DNA of 63,437 nt, counting the filler, from Octopus bimaculoides (lineage: Eukaryota): NCBI RefSeq assembly GCF_001194135.2. It is 7 parts of 6 records of this genome, joined end to end, with 100 filler letters (N's around TTAATTAATTAA, not from the genome) between each part and the next. Parts side by side here need not be neighbours in the genome. Positions count along the whole stretch, not along the records: positions 27,979 to 59,537 come from NC_068983.1; 6 more parts are not named here. One strand, given 5' to 3'. The notes beneath the pieces are model-generated. The model saw only the letters and a program-made list of their open reading frames with translations, did no database searches and had not been told where the DNA came from. Shown piece after piece: positions 37,464 through 50,728 of the stretch (position 1 is the first letter of the stretch; the number at the start of each line of letters is the position of its first letter). The position numbers and the translations under genes were made by a program.

Positions 37464-38639
37464 TAGTAGAGGATACTAACCCAAAATGTTGTAGAGTAAC
37501 ATTGAACCCAAAACCATATGGTTATGGAGTGAGTTTAATGAACATAACCATTCCTGCTCCAATTTACTAAGTGCTTCAAGAGTTAATTTCATACAAATTT
37601 ATTTTCAAAGATTTCACTCACTATAGAAAAATTACCTTATTTATTGGTTCCAAGCTGTATCGCTGAATTTGCTAAAGAATGAAAATTTTTCCACACTATT
37701 TTATTTAGAAATCAATTTGCCTCAATTTACTCTCTACTTTATTTTTATATTTTCATGTTAATTTTTCTTTCTCATTTGAAATCTTTATAAAACAGGTTTT
37801 GCTTCATCAGATTTGAGAATTATTCTAAATTAGAATACATTATTAACTTAATATGCAATTTTGCATTCGCTATTTTTTCTTAAGCTAACAATGTTAATTT
37901 TCTCTGAAGCTAATAATGTTAAAGAAAATGTCTTGTTTATTTCATGTCTCAGAAATTATGCATGATTAAAATATATTTATTTTTTCATTGGAGATTCATC
38001 CCAAATTAGTCAAAATATATGTTGACAAAAACTGAATGTGTGAGCTTTCCTTCAGACTAGTGACAAGAACCAGCTTCAGAATGTGACTGACATTTTCTCA
38101 TGATATTTCTAAATCTTGACACATAGATGTCAAGTCAATGACAACCATTATTAACTCAGCAAGTATATCTTTGAAATATAAGTATTTATATCAGCAAGCT
38201 AACAGCAGTGAAGTTCATCTATTTTCAGTCATAAAGAAACAAAATCAAATTACAGGCAGATCTTTAGAGTCTTCCTTCTTAAAATAAAGCAAGCTATTTT
38301 TCGATGTTGTCACTGTAAAACCCCAGTTCAGGTGTAATTGAACAGGTCTTTGGTATACAGGCAGTTAACTGCACAACAAGATATGACACATAAATCTATT
38401 GTAGATGTAATATCTTCACTTCTAGCTGAGGACTAAATAACACACTTTGACATGCAGTGGGGAATAATGTAGCATGATGGAATGGACATGATCTACTCTG
38501 TTACTCAGACTATTACATAAAATCTACACATAAATCTAGGCATAAGCGTTCTAACATTATACCAAAGTATTTTGCTGTGTTTCTGGAAAAAACTCTTTGC
38601 TTTTTACAGCCTTAGTTCACTTATCAGAAACAGGTATCA

Positions 38640-38880
38640 GATTTGAGAATGCTACTTTTAACAGGCATTCCCTTCCCACTTGGCTTTTCCTCTTGCCACA
38701 CATGTTGTGACCCTCCTCTCCACACTCAAGGTTCTACACTAACCACTTTGCTCATTTGCTCTTCTCCAGAACACTAGCTCTTTAGAATTCCCTCCCAGTC
38801 CATGTTTTGCTTGATGCCTTCAACTTAAAATTATTCATGAAAAACCATGAATCACATCAATTTCAGACTAAAGCAATAAA
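38640..38880 (+). mobile_element. CR1/L2-type LINE ORF2 C-terminal remnant
   Basis: TNHFAHLLFSRTLAL*NSLPVHVLLDAFNLKLF, matching the SFFPRT..WNSLP..NL..FK motif. Confidence 0.65.
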
Positions 38881-39999
38881 AGAATATGGACTAGATTTAT
38901 CTATCATCCACTTCATAACATAAAACTAGATCTAAGCACTGACTCATAAAAGTGTCTCTGGAGGATTTGATGGAGTGGATGGTATTTTAGACTTACAAGG
39001 CTTACAGCAATGTCCAAACCACACATACTAATTTGGATATTTTACAGATTCAGATTTTGGCATAAATTATTAGAGCTGATATTTTACAACATTACACTAC
39101 TTTTGTCAAATCCCAAGTCAACAATGGTTGAGTAGACTTTTAATTAAAGTGTTCTGGCCACGATTATCCCACCTTGTTGTCAAATACATCCAGGACTACA
39201 TTATCCAATATGGCCTCATTTTTTTTATTAAGATAGTAAAATGCAGTTTGAGGAGAATTTGGTTGCTGTTTATTGTAAGCCAAGGACACACACATTGGCT
39301 CCCATGTCTATTTGTTTGGCACTTTTATTATTATTTAGTTCCATGACAATTCTAATGACCAGATCTATTATTAAACGCACTTCAGTTTGGACAGCATTGT
39401 CTTTTAAAATGCTATCTGGGACTACATTAACTACTGTGTTCTCAACATTGTAGAGCATGAGCTAAGTGAGATTTAGCTGTTGTTTCTAGCAGGTTAAATG
39501 ATCAGTGAATACTAATCACTCAACAAGTGTAAATTAGAACAGACACTTTCTCCTGCATAACAGTCTCATTGACACCAAAGTAAATGGTGCAAGTATAGTA
39601 GTGAGAACAGGTAGTTAATGGGAGGTACCTATGGCAATCCAATAGGTAGGGGAGGAGCAGAAACACAGAGCCCTCCTTGGGAGTGTGGTACATGGCAAGG
39701 CTGGATCTGGAAGGTAGACAACAATTCAATATGATGTGCCTAGTAAAATGTAGAGGCAGAAGCTAGCTAGTACAGGAGGATGTGCATATATCAGTGGAGG
39801 AAGAACAGGTAAGTAGATCCATATCAATGTGGAAACATAGTGTTTGGATAAAGTGAGAGCAGGTAATGGAATGTCATCTGGGAGGATATCTAGAAGTGGG
39901 ATTCACAGATTAAGTTCTTGATCCAGGGGGTCTATAATATCCTCTCCAGCCCTTCTAACCTATTTACATGGGGTTTAATAGAAATCTTTTCATACCCCA

Positions 40000-40770
40000 C
40001 TGTGTTCTAAGACAGGCATACTTTTGAGTCCATCTTAAGCAGCTGCTCCAAGGCACTAAGTGATTCTATCATTAAAGATATAAACAGGTCCTCAAGACCA
40101 TCTGAGGCAAACAGCATCAGCAAAAACGCCAGCATTACAGCCAGAAGTATAGCCTTTGTCAAGGAGGGAGAGAGGCCAATGAAAATACCCAAGAGAAATT
40201 CCAAGGGATTGCTTTCCACAGCTTGGAACTTGATAATAGAAACTGATCTAGAAAAATGGCTAAAGTTTCCTGAACATATCACCCAAACCTTGCTGAAACC
40301 AGATATCATCTTAGTTTCCAAGGCAACAAAGCAGCTAGTACGTTTGAAGTTAACTGTGCCCAGAGAGGAGAGGAAGGGGGAAACTTAAGAAAAGAAGAGA
40401 ACGAAGTACCAGGAGTTGGTAAAGGACTGCTTCAAGAATCGGTAGTGAGCAAGGTGTTTGCCAGTGGAAGTTGGCAATGAAGGGTTTGTCAGTTGTGCTC
40501 TGAGTAAGGCCAATGGAACACTGGGTATTTCAGGGGCTTGCAGAAGAAGAAGAGCCATCAAGAACAACACTGGGACAGCTAAAAAAGTGTTTAGATGGGT
40601 ATGGCTGAAAAGAGGTGATCAGTGTAGGTCAGTAGAAAGTCACATGGACAGAGGCCTAAGCTCAATCAAAGTTGGGCCATCTGTATCAGGGTATATGTTG
40701 TATAGCGTGAAATAACCTGTGGTTCCAGGATACAATGCTGATGATGTGTTCAAGAATTGCATCTGTAGAT
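40000..40770 (+). mobile_element. Hero-like REL LINE 3' fragment
   Basis: ESILSSCSKAL..IAFVKEGE..LKFPEHITQTLLKPDIILVSKATKQLVRLKLTVPREE..KRTKYQELV..RCLPVEVG..GF..LGISG..RAIK..RWVWLKR, with stops. Confidence 0.88.
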
Positions 40771-41595
40771 GTATGTTAAACAACATCTGACACCTTCTGA
40801 CTACAATAAAATAGAATAATATATGAACAAGATTCCTATATGAGAATGCAAATTGTTGCTGCCCCTACTGCTAAAATAATAACTAATTTGGTTAAGGAGA
40901 TAATATGGTCACTTGACCTGCAAGAAATAGTAGCCACATAAATTTCTCTAAAAATCACATAAGTGAGGGATATCAATTGTTTTTATCTACTAATCATAAA
41001 TATATTTACAAGTGATTATCACATTAAAGAATATATGATACAATAACCTACTGCCATTGCAATAATCTACTGTCAGTGCTGTTGTTTAGCTTTGGGTCAG
41101 CCCAAATGAGCATACCAGTGGAATTATAACTGCCTGGAGACATTATAATTTTGGTCCTCGCCTTTAATGTGATACAAAGAAGTAAAGTTTTGCATCACTT
41201 TGAAATAATTGGATACTGGAAGCATCTCACTAAATCTCTTTACAAGCCAAATCTTCAAAATTGGTTTTTGATTCTTAATTAAGGTCTATTCCCACTTTAT
41301 CTACACTACAAATGACTCTGAGTTTTAAAAAGAAGCATGAAAATCACACAATCTCATTTCCCTGCCTTTGCCTTTGAAAATGCGTTACTTTGCACCAAAA
41401 TAAGAAATCAATAACTCCTTTGCATTTAAACATTCGATTAAGAATGAATGACAGAAACTGGGTGAAGATAAGATGTCTTTTAAGATGGTCGATGACAACC
41501 AAAGCAAAAGAAAGTAAATTTGTTCTGCCAGGATTAAGCTTTATGAAAGAATTTGTAAACTCTGATGTTAAGACACGACTAATTCATTTCAACTA

Positions 41596-41960
41596 ATGAA
41601 GAACAATTGTTGCTGTTACTGCTTCTGCTGTTGTTATTACTATTGCTGCTGTGTTGCTGCTGCTGCCATTATTACTATTGCTGCAGCTGTTGTTTTTGTT
41701 GTTGTTGTTGCTACTTGCTGTTGTTGTTACAGCTGCTGCTGTTGTTATTGCTATTGCGGCTGTGTTGTTGTTTTTCTTGTTGCTGCTGAAACTGCTGCTC
41801 AAGTAGCCATTATTGGTGGTGGTGTTGTTAGTAGTGATTATGATGGTGGTACTGGTAATAACAGCAGTCACAGTGTAAAATTCCTGATGACAGAGTTAAT
41901 TGCAGTAGTGGTGACAGTGATAATGATGACTGTTTTTGTTGTTGTGTTACCCTCGGAGAA
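41596..41960. repeat. Degenerate (TGY/GTT/GCT)n trinucleotide tract
   Basis: Source of the poly-C, poly-L and poly-A/V pseudo-ORFs in the track. Confidence 0.9.
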
Positions 41961-42255
41961 AGTCTAACTGAAAAGACTCATAGCTGGCCAAGATCCAGTT
42001 GAATGACTAAGTGTGATCCAGATATACCTTACCTCCATTTAACTGGAGACTACACAACACATTTTGATATGCAGATGGTCTCAAAAAATTTTAAATACAT
42101 ATACCTTTTAATTAAGTTTATACCACCATCACCACCACTAACAACAGCAACAGTAGTGATAATGGTTACATTAGCATCAGCAACTATATCTGTTTAACTT
42201 GTGTGTTCTAAATTCAAATGACAGATTTCGCAATAATATCTGATTCTTTGTTTAA

Positions 42256-42472
42256 CTCTTCAGCATTCAGATTATTTTGTCCAATGAAATGCTTATTTAT
42301 TCACATTGTTTTGAAGTAATCATGCATTATGTCGTATCTTCAAGATTTTGATATGATAGCTTATATTAAGACTAACATTGTCAGGAAAGTGTGCGAGGCT
42401 GGATCTGACCAGTTTGAACATACAACAGGTAGAATATTTGGGTCAGATATGGTCAGGTAAAGTTCTAAGGGG
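42256..42472. mobile_element. piggyBac-type MITE (family 1)
   Basis: TTAA|ctcttcagcatt ... gttctaagggg|TTAA. Shares acaggtagaa..ttgggtcagatat with 30163-30361. Confidence 0.8.
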
Positions 42473-45400
42473 TTAAATCCTTCCTCTTCTGGCATGGGTT
42501 AGACAGTTCAAAAGGATCCAACAAGTAGGAGGACCACATTGTACTCCAATGTCTATGTTTTGGCATGGTTTCTAAAACTTTACAAAGTGTACTGGGTGCT
42601 TTTTTTATAGCACCAGCACTAGCAAAGTCACCATGCAACTTGCATGACTAAAGATCCTAGAAAGCTCTCATGACTGGAAGAAGAATGGAAAAGAGAGTAA
42701 TGATATTAGGCCAGGTGATGAGAGAGGGTAAAGAGTGATGAATGGAACAGATTTCTGCTTGTGGGAGAGTGGTTGTGAAGAGATTATCCTCGAGTATATT
42801 GTGTTTTATAACACAAATACATCTATAAAGGAATTTTTCCCAGATGAAAAACTGGCTTTGCAACAATACACATACATAAAACATGTTATATGGAGAAAGA
42901 TTTCCCTCTAGAGCTGCTTGTATTGCATAATTTGAATTTTATTCTGCTTATGTAGCATCATTGTGTTATTTATACCACTTATTATTTATACAGTCTCTAT
43001 ACACTTCAGACTGACCAATTCGATCTTGTTTTGGAAGTGACATGAGTATGTGACACTGACAAGTCTCAACAGCACTTCTATACCAATTTCATTTCACGTA
43101 GCTCTGAAATATATTGTGTTTTTCAATAATATGTCTATAAAGGGATTTTCCCTGGACAAAAACCTCATATTTTGACTTTACAATAATACACATAACACAA
43201 AGTATGTTATACAGCTAAAGAGTAGAGACTATTGAGAGCAGAAGAAGTATGGAAGAAATAAAAGAAAGGTGAAGGGACTGTAGTAAGAAAGGACTACAGG
43301 TAAGAAAGAAAGGGGCAGAATAGTAATGGTGATGACACATGTAAAGTTTGTGTAAAGAGGATCCAGTGCTATCCTGTGTCATAAGAAAACAATGGGTTCT
43401 TCAGGACCAAGCAAAATGGTGATAAACTTGGGAAGTCTTGAAACAAGTGTCTAAGTATTTTGGTTGATCAATCTTAATACCAGCATATAACCACCTGATT
43501 GGAGAGAATGCAAGAGTTATTTCAAGTCCTGTGTACTCAAAGAAGAAATGTTAGGAAGCCATCATGTTATTGCTTAGCCCCAAGTCCACCCTGATCAAGT
43601 ATAACTATCCCAACATTTTTTAAGTACAATGTGCTGTAAATAACACTATCTAATTTGCATTTATTAAGATGGAAAGGCATAATTTGCTATTTCTAGGAAG
43701 TTGGCTTAGGGTAACATTTTATTTAGCCCAGGTCAGCCTTGGCCAACAGATTTATGATGGAAAGCATTCCATCCATGACTATCATGTCTTTTTTAGAGTG
43801 GAGCATGCAGGATTGTAAAGTGTGTGTGATTTGAGAAAGATTTTGTTGCTTTTTATAGGAGGTTGTGGTACCATCTGAGAGGTCCTTTTGGTGAGGGTGT
43901 TCATTGTTTGTGGTTTTCCTTTTCTACTTGTTGATATATTGGTTGTAATTTAGTATGTGTCATGTATGAGGGTTATCAGAGCAGTAATTATGGAAATTGA
44001 TGTGTAACCCCACCAAACACCACCCCACCTCAAGTCACCCACACACAAGAAAAGTTAATGGTCTGAATAATCAGGGTTGAATTTCTCATCTTTTGACAGG
44101 CATTACAATTACAACCATCTTGTCTTCTTTCAGGCAGCTTCAGAAAAGACTTCTACATTATCATGCAGCCCTTATAAGATGACAGGGAGTAATTTGAGAG
44201 AGATTTGACTATTTCCAGCAGGTTGAGTAACTACATAGGGGTACCTCTATGATTCATATAAACTCATGTAATTATGATTTTTGTGTTTGCTGCTGCTGGT
44301 GTTGTTGTTGTTGTTACTGTTGTTTAGTCCCAAGTCAACTTTGATCAAGGTATTCATTCTCTAGAAACAATGTATCTAAACCTACATTGCTAATGTACAA
44401 GTTCTTTAAGACTGTTGAATGTAAATTGAGATAGATTTGTTTATTATTTCTTGTAGTTTGTGGGATGACATAGAAGCCCATATTGCTGTTGCAATATTAA
44501 TGAGGAGCATGTAAAATCTGGACACATTGTATTTAAATTGAATGTCTAAATTGAATAATTATGCATAAATTGATTATTATATCATACAGCAAGGATCATA
44601 TGAAATCGAGGAAAAGATCTCTAACATATTGAGAATAGCATTTCTGGAGTCTCACCACTAACACTCAACAGATAATGCCACTTTCAATTTGATTGTTTAC
44701 TTATCAACCTGACAATTTTTGCTGACAATATTTTACTGGTTACCAGTAAAGTATCAATGAAGATATTTCTTGTATGTTATTCTGCTTTGTCAAAGTACTT
44801 TTAGTGATATTTAAAAAGTAAATATAACAAACTTTGTATTGTCTGAGGAGCATACAGCAAAATTTTAAGATTTTCTAATTAGATTAGTGTAACAGTGAAG
44901 AATAGATAAGATGACTTCTTTTACAGATGACTAACCTTTGCAAAATCAGTTATTGGATTGTAGGTGATGTGTGAAACAATAAACTTAACATCTCAAGCAA
45001 GAAGAATGCTAGACTAATCATTTAAGTATTGAACTAACCTACAAGCAATGTATTTAGCTACCAATGAAGTGAGAATTTTGGTTTCAATATAATATTTTCT
45101 TAATTGTTTGTAGCACATTTTAAAATTACGATGAAAATAAAGCAGAAATATCTTTTATATTGATTAACAATTAAAACAAAATTAAATGTGGTAAATATTA
45201 TAATTAACTTTAATCTTATTGTTAACTTGATTTTGAACTTCAGTGTGACTTCTTAGTTCCCTTGGGAAAATAATGTGTTGAAAATGGAATGGTCCTTTGT
45301 TCAATCCACGATTTTATATTTATTTATTATTTATTTATTTATTTATTTATTCTAATTTGCTGCAACAATTTGTTAAGAGTTATAAGTTGAAATTAAGATA

Positions 45401-45984
45401 TTAAACCTGAGAATTTCACAAGTTAGTAACTGAAAATACATTCAGATATAAAATGTATCTAAATATAACAAACCAACAAGGGAAGCCTCTATTGGATTGC
45501 TTAAACTGCTTGAAATAACAACCAAATTGATTCAAAATCATGTTCTATTATGTACAAAAAAGGAACATTGAATAATGGAGTCTGTGAGTACACAAATCCT
45601 GAAAATATGATGGAATAGTCATGGTTTGAATGCCTCCAATCATAAGTTTGCTTAGTCATGGCTGACTTGGCACTAAACAACACTATCAAAATATAAATTA
45701 CATGCTCCAGCTTTTATATTGCAGAATTGCCCAAACATCACTTTAATTATTTATCATTGTTATTGCAAACCAATAGCAAAGCCTCTACACAGTCATTTAC
45801 CATGCCAAAAATAACAGCAAAATTCACTCAAATCACTCTGTACTGTCTTAAAAAAGAAAGGCCACATTAAACAATGTGACCTAGATAAACTAAATGAAGG
45901 AATGTTCATGGCCAGAATGCCTTTGGTCAAAGATCATCTTATTGACGGTTGACTAGAGCTAAGCATCAACATTATTTTCATCAT

Positions 45985-46600
45985 TGAAGGTGGCGAGCTA
46001 GCAGAATTGCAAGCACACCAGGTGAAATGCTTAGCAGTATTTCACCCAATGCTATATAAGAATTGGATGAGATATGACAGCTCAGCCGTCTCTCCCCAGT
46101 TCTTATATTAATCATTAAATCCAGAAATACAACAACACGAGGGATAACGGTAACAACAGATCAGTAATTTATTCTAGGTTGGTGTAGAGCCGTTTCGTTC
46201 CTGGGTGAACAGGCATGCCGCTAGAATACCAAAGAAGCTTCGACCACATGTTGGGGTCGAGTTGGGACATACGCGTTGTCACCACCACTGCTGGATGGAA
46301 AAGAAGCTGAACGCTATTTCTTTCTCTCCACCTGTTGCATTGCGCATGCGTGCTCGGGTACTTCCGCTGACAGCAAGTCCCTTGCACATGCGCAATGGCA
46401 CTTCCAAGATGGCAGCCAATGGTGGCCACACACGCCACTACAGCTACATCTGAGTTCAAATTCCACCAAGGTCAACTTTGCCTTTCATCCTTTCAGGGTC
46501 GATAAATTAAGTACCAGTTGTGTGCTGGGGTCAATCTAATTGACTGGTCCCCTCCCCCAAAATTTCAGGCTTTGTGCCTATAGTAGAAAGGATTATTTTC
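45985..46600 (+). mobile_element. SINE family B split by a solo LTR
   Basis: Head at 45985-46054 and body resuming at 46443 (gctacatctgagttcaaattcc..tagaaaggattatt). Confidence 0.85.
46055..46442 (-). mobile_element. Solo LTR (Ty3/Gypsy-like), 388 bp
   Basis: 4-bp TSD GCTA (46051-46054 and 46443-46446). Minus strand starts TGT and ends ATA (one change from ACA). AATAAA at 46173-46168 followed by a GT-rich tract. CpG-rich. Confidence 0.8.
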
Positions 46601-46689
46601 GTCATTGCAAGAGGCTCATCTACTTTTTGTCACACTTCATGTCTTTTACGTTAGTTTTCTTGCTTTACCAAAAATTACTGGCAAGGAGT

Positions 46690-47350
46690 TTTACAACCAT
46701 ATGGAGTTTTACCAAAGCTCTATACAGAATACCTAGTGCAAGCTATGGACACATTAGAGGTGCAGTGGTATCACTGGAAGACTAATAGAGAAAGTAGTCT
46801 TTACATATGGAAGATGTACAGGTGCATCAAACACCAGGAATCATTAGCATACCTAGGTGGGAGGTAGTAGAGGCAGTCCACTCTGGGCAGCACTTTTGGG
46901 TCTGCTATAGGTAATATATATTTTTTCTGGGGTCTGGGAGCGGCAAATGGAAAGCAGCACCACACTCTAGCTACGCTAGTGCCAGGAATGTATAAAAGAT
47001 AGACTCCCTCAAACGTCAGGGGGTTCCTTAGAAGTTGTAGATAGTTTCCATTAATTAGGTAACCAAGTTAGCAGTGGTGGAGGTTATTCTGAAAGCATAG
47101 CACCAAGAATAAGAATTGGCTGGGCAAAATTCAGAGAGCTACTACCTCGGTAAGTAATGAAAGGCCTCTCTCCTAGAGTGAAAGGTAGATTGTATGATGT
47201 CTGTGTACAAACAGCTATGTTATGTGGCAGTGAAACATGGGCTGTGACAGCTGAGGACATGCAAAAGCTTGAAAGAAATAAAACCAGCACACTCCACTGG
47301 ATGGGTAATGTCAGTGTGTATATACAATAGAGTGTAAGTGATTTGAAAGA
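46690..47350 (+). mobile_element. RTE-clade LINE fragment (RT C-terminal region)
   Basis: CKLWTH*RCSGITGRL..GRCTG..LEVVDSF..LG..SGGG..IRIGWAKFRELLP..KGRLYD.CV.TAML.GSETWA..KLER. Confidence 0.9.
46842..46981. mobile_element. hAT-type MITE inserted in the RTE fragment
   Basis: Perfect 8-bp TSD CCAGGAAT (46834-46841 and 46982-46989). TIRs cattagcatacctag / ctagctacgctagtg. Confidence 0.9.
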
Positions 47351-47899
47351 AAAAGTGTGTGTGTGTGTACACGCAAACAAGCTTCTAGGGCTATAGTATG
47401 CAGCACAATGGGGCTAAATCCAAAACCGCACGGTTACACAGCAAACTTCATAACTACACAGATATGCCTCTACCTTTACACACACACACATACTCTTATT
47501 CTGATCTCTCTATTTATTTTAGTAAACTAGTGATGGAACATGTTCTTCTTGATTCTATCCTATAGATATCATACTCTATTGAAGAAAATACATTAAAGGC
47601 ATCATTAAATGCATTACCAAACAATACTATTATTATACAACATAAAATGCTGATTTTCTGTTTGTTTAGCAATATTCTTTAGAGATCACTTTTTATTGCT
47701 TTAGTCTTATTTTTCCCATTCAGTTTTGTATTTTTTGTTATCATACTACACATTTTTTCTGACTCTAAGCTGGACATCTTCCTTTTTCTCTTTACATAAA
47801 ACAGCATTTGCATCATATCTTCCTCCTCTGAACAATTTTAATTCTACTTCCCTAACACTTAGATTTTGCAATATAAAAAGTCATTTATATTTTACCTTT

Positions 47900-48200
47900 G
47901 ACAATGAGAAAGCTCTTGGTGTGATAACTGATAGGAACTTGGGTTTGTAACAATTGAGAAAAAAATGTAACAGCTTCTTCAAAGGAAAAAATTCTTTATA
48001 GTTATCAACAAAATAAATGTCCAATACATTTTAAGAATACAATGAAGCCACACCTGAAATACAGTAACACTATTTGGATACCATGCTTCAAGAAATACCA
48101 GATTTTTGTGAAAACCGTATAAAAGAAAGCTATCAAATATATTGCAACACTAAGAAGTCTTGCTGACTGAGTGCAGACATTGTGTTTTAATTTGACTTCA
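47900..48200 (+). mobile_element. CR1-type LINE RT remnant
   Basis: EKALGVITD..; MKPHLKYSNTIWIPCFKK..V*KKAIK, matching the EKDLGV..VRPHLEY..W.P..QRRATK motif. Confidence 0.7.
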
Positions 48201-48483
48201 ATATTCCAGATGAAACAAAATAGATATAATATTTAACATCAAAATACAGAGATGTACCAGTATTTTTGACTACCTAGATGTACCAGTATTTTTTGACTAC
48301 ATTATTCTTTAACAAGAATAGTATTGATAGAGACTTTGAAGTTTCGGCCTGCTAAACCATCACTGTATAGTTTCATGGTGTACTCTTCCAAAAGTATTGA
48401 GAAATCCTTCAATGTCATGTAAAATTCTATTTATTATAACTTAAAATAAAAACAGACATTAATATCAATGTACACATATAAGG

Positions 48484-48655
48484 TGATAAGTTGGCAGAAT
48501 CATTAGCATGCTGGGCAAAATGCTTACTGGCATTTCGTCTGTCTTTATATTCTGGGGTCAAATTCCATTGAGATTGACTTTGCTTTTCATCCATTCAGTG
48601 TTGATAAAATAAGCACCAGTTGAGCACTGGGATTGATGTAATCAATTTATCCAAT
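48484..48655 (+). mobile_element. SINE family B, heavily CpG-decayed
   Basis: gtgataagttggcagaatcattagcatgctgggc..attgagattgac..ggattgatgtaatcaat. Almost every family CpG is now TpG or CpA. Confidence 0.8.
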
Positions 48656-48756
48656 TTTCATTTCCACTGCAAAAGGTTTTAAATAAATAACCATAGGATA
48701 GTCTACACTGTACAAATTTCAGACATTCTGAATTATATATTCTATACAAATATATA

Positions 48757-49536
48757 CTGAGGTGAGTTAAAAGTTTTACAATATTTACAAGCGATAGAAG
48801 ATACCTGCTGAAGTTGGTAATATCATGTGCAATGCTTCACTCCGTATGTGATTTGAAATCCACACAGATGAATGCACAGCATAGCCTAATTCAGAAACTT
48901 ATGCTTTACGCATCCAAACTGGACCATAACACCATGGAAGCAATCAAAAACATTTGTTGAGCGAAAGGTGAAGGTGCAGTTGATCACATTATAGTAACCA
49001 GATCATTTAGTAAATTTTACTCCAGTTGCAAGAACCTCAAAAATCAGGCAAGGTCAGGTAGGCCTAAAACCAAGGATTCTGAGGCTGTGCTCTAAGCCAT
49101 AGAGGCAAATCCATTGAGTAGCATTTGGAGCTCAGCTTCTCATATGCCACTGTGTGACAAAAATATCCAGCATTGGTTAACAGAAAGGGAGCTCTTCTGC
49201 AGCAAGACAATGCAAGATCTCATACTACTCAAATAACCCAAAATAAATTCTAGAAACTTAAGGGAATCAAATTGATGTCCTACCCAGCATATAGTCCAGA
49301 CCTAGCTCCTTTGGACTATTACTTGTTCCTATTCATGGCTCACTTCATGTGCTCATGATGCTTCATCAACCAAGTGGGGGTGGAAGCTTCAGTGAAGTAG
49401 ATCTTTTCCTTGAAGGACAAAATCTGGTATCAGTGCAGGCCGAAGAACAAACAGAAAGGTGGCTCCAGATGGTGCAACATGATGGCTTAAAGCAAATAAG
49501 TTACCAAAATATTGCAAAACTTTTGACTCAACACAA
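48757..49536 (+). mobile_element. Degenerate mariner derivative
   Basis: TIR-like gtgagttaaaagtttt / aaaacttttgactcaa. Internal YSPDLAPLDYYLF. Confidence 0.75.
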
Positions 49537-49870
49537 TACTATTTAATATACTATGTAGCTGACAAACATATTAAATGCAGATCAGAATGACTGTTAATGT
49601 TGTATCCTTGATAATCAACTGCTATATACATAGCAAATTAGATTCAAGCTTCTCTAGGTGGCCAAAGAATACTGGTACATCTTCTCTGAAGAGGGACAGT
49701 CACCCCAAAACAGATCTGTAAGATGATTCTCAATCATTTTTCTGTTTACTGAAGAAAACAATAGGACGTTTTCAGTTCATTTCAGTCTTCACAACTAAAA
49801 ATTATTTATAAAGTTATCTATATTACATGTTTCAGATATTCTCAATTACATTAGGTTCTCTATGAATATA

Positions 49871-50728
49871 CTAGGTTGTTCAGAAAATACTGCCCGACTT
49901 TTCAAAAAAATTTTTTCAAATTTGATTTAATAGTTATTTTTGTAGTATTTTAGACGAAATTTTACATGCTTCATAATTGATGTGTACTCTTTAATAAATT
50001 TTTATTGATTTCTTTCAGAATATAATTTTGAAGTGTAGAATTCCTTAATTTCAAACATGAAAAAAGAAGAAATGCATTTACTTTTTTTTTGTTGCCTGAG
50101 TTCAAGGTTGGGCATAATGCTCCCCAAATAGCCATTAATATCAACAGAGCATCGGGTGAAGGGTCCACTAGTGATCAGACAGTACAACAATGGTATGAGA
50201 GATTCTGTAGTGGGAATGAGAGCCTTGAAGATCAAAAAGGTAAAGGATGTCCATCCACCCTTAATGATCAGCATTTGAAAACAATATTTGAACAAAACCT
50301 ATGACAAAATGTCAAAGAAATGTCTCATATGCTTGGTGTCTGTAAGCAACTGGAAAAAGATGTATGTTCACTCGAGCAAAATGAAACCTGCTCCATGACA
50401 ATGCTCAACCGCACATTTCCAGGATGACACTGCAGAAGCTCACAGACTTAGGATGCAAGACTTTACCACATCCTCTATATTCTCCTGATCTTTAACCTGC
50501 AAAAAACCTTCCACTCCAAAACTGAGGTTGAAACTGAATTCAAGGATTTCTTGGCATCAAAACCTCTGGATTTTTATTGAAGAGGCATAAATGACCTTGT
50601 TAATCGATGTGAGAAATGCATAGCAGTTCAGGGATCATATTTTGAATAATTAAACCTCTGTATTAGTCCAGTTTTTCAAGAACATATGCTTATTTTTAAA
50701 ATCAACCATTATTTTCCATACAACAAAA
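49871..50728 (+). mobile_element. Mariner (cecropia/Hsmar1-like), internally deleted
   Basis: EFKVGHNA..NINRASGEG..TVQQWYERFCSGNESLED..G.P..; LLHDNAQPH..LPHPLYSPDL..CEKCIAVQGSYF. Imperfect TIRs with TA flanks. Confidence 0.88.

Noticed and set aside
37600-39460. Protein-looking minus-strand stretches broken by stops (incl. ORF 39270-39458)
   Set aside because: No family recognised. Part is the antisense of a CR1-like remnant, and the apparent acceptor lies in a dispersed repeat.
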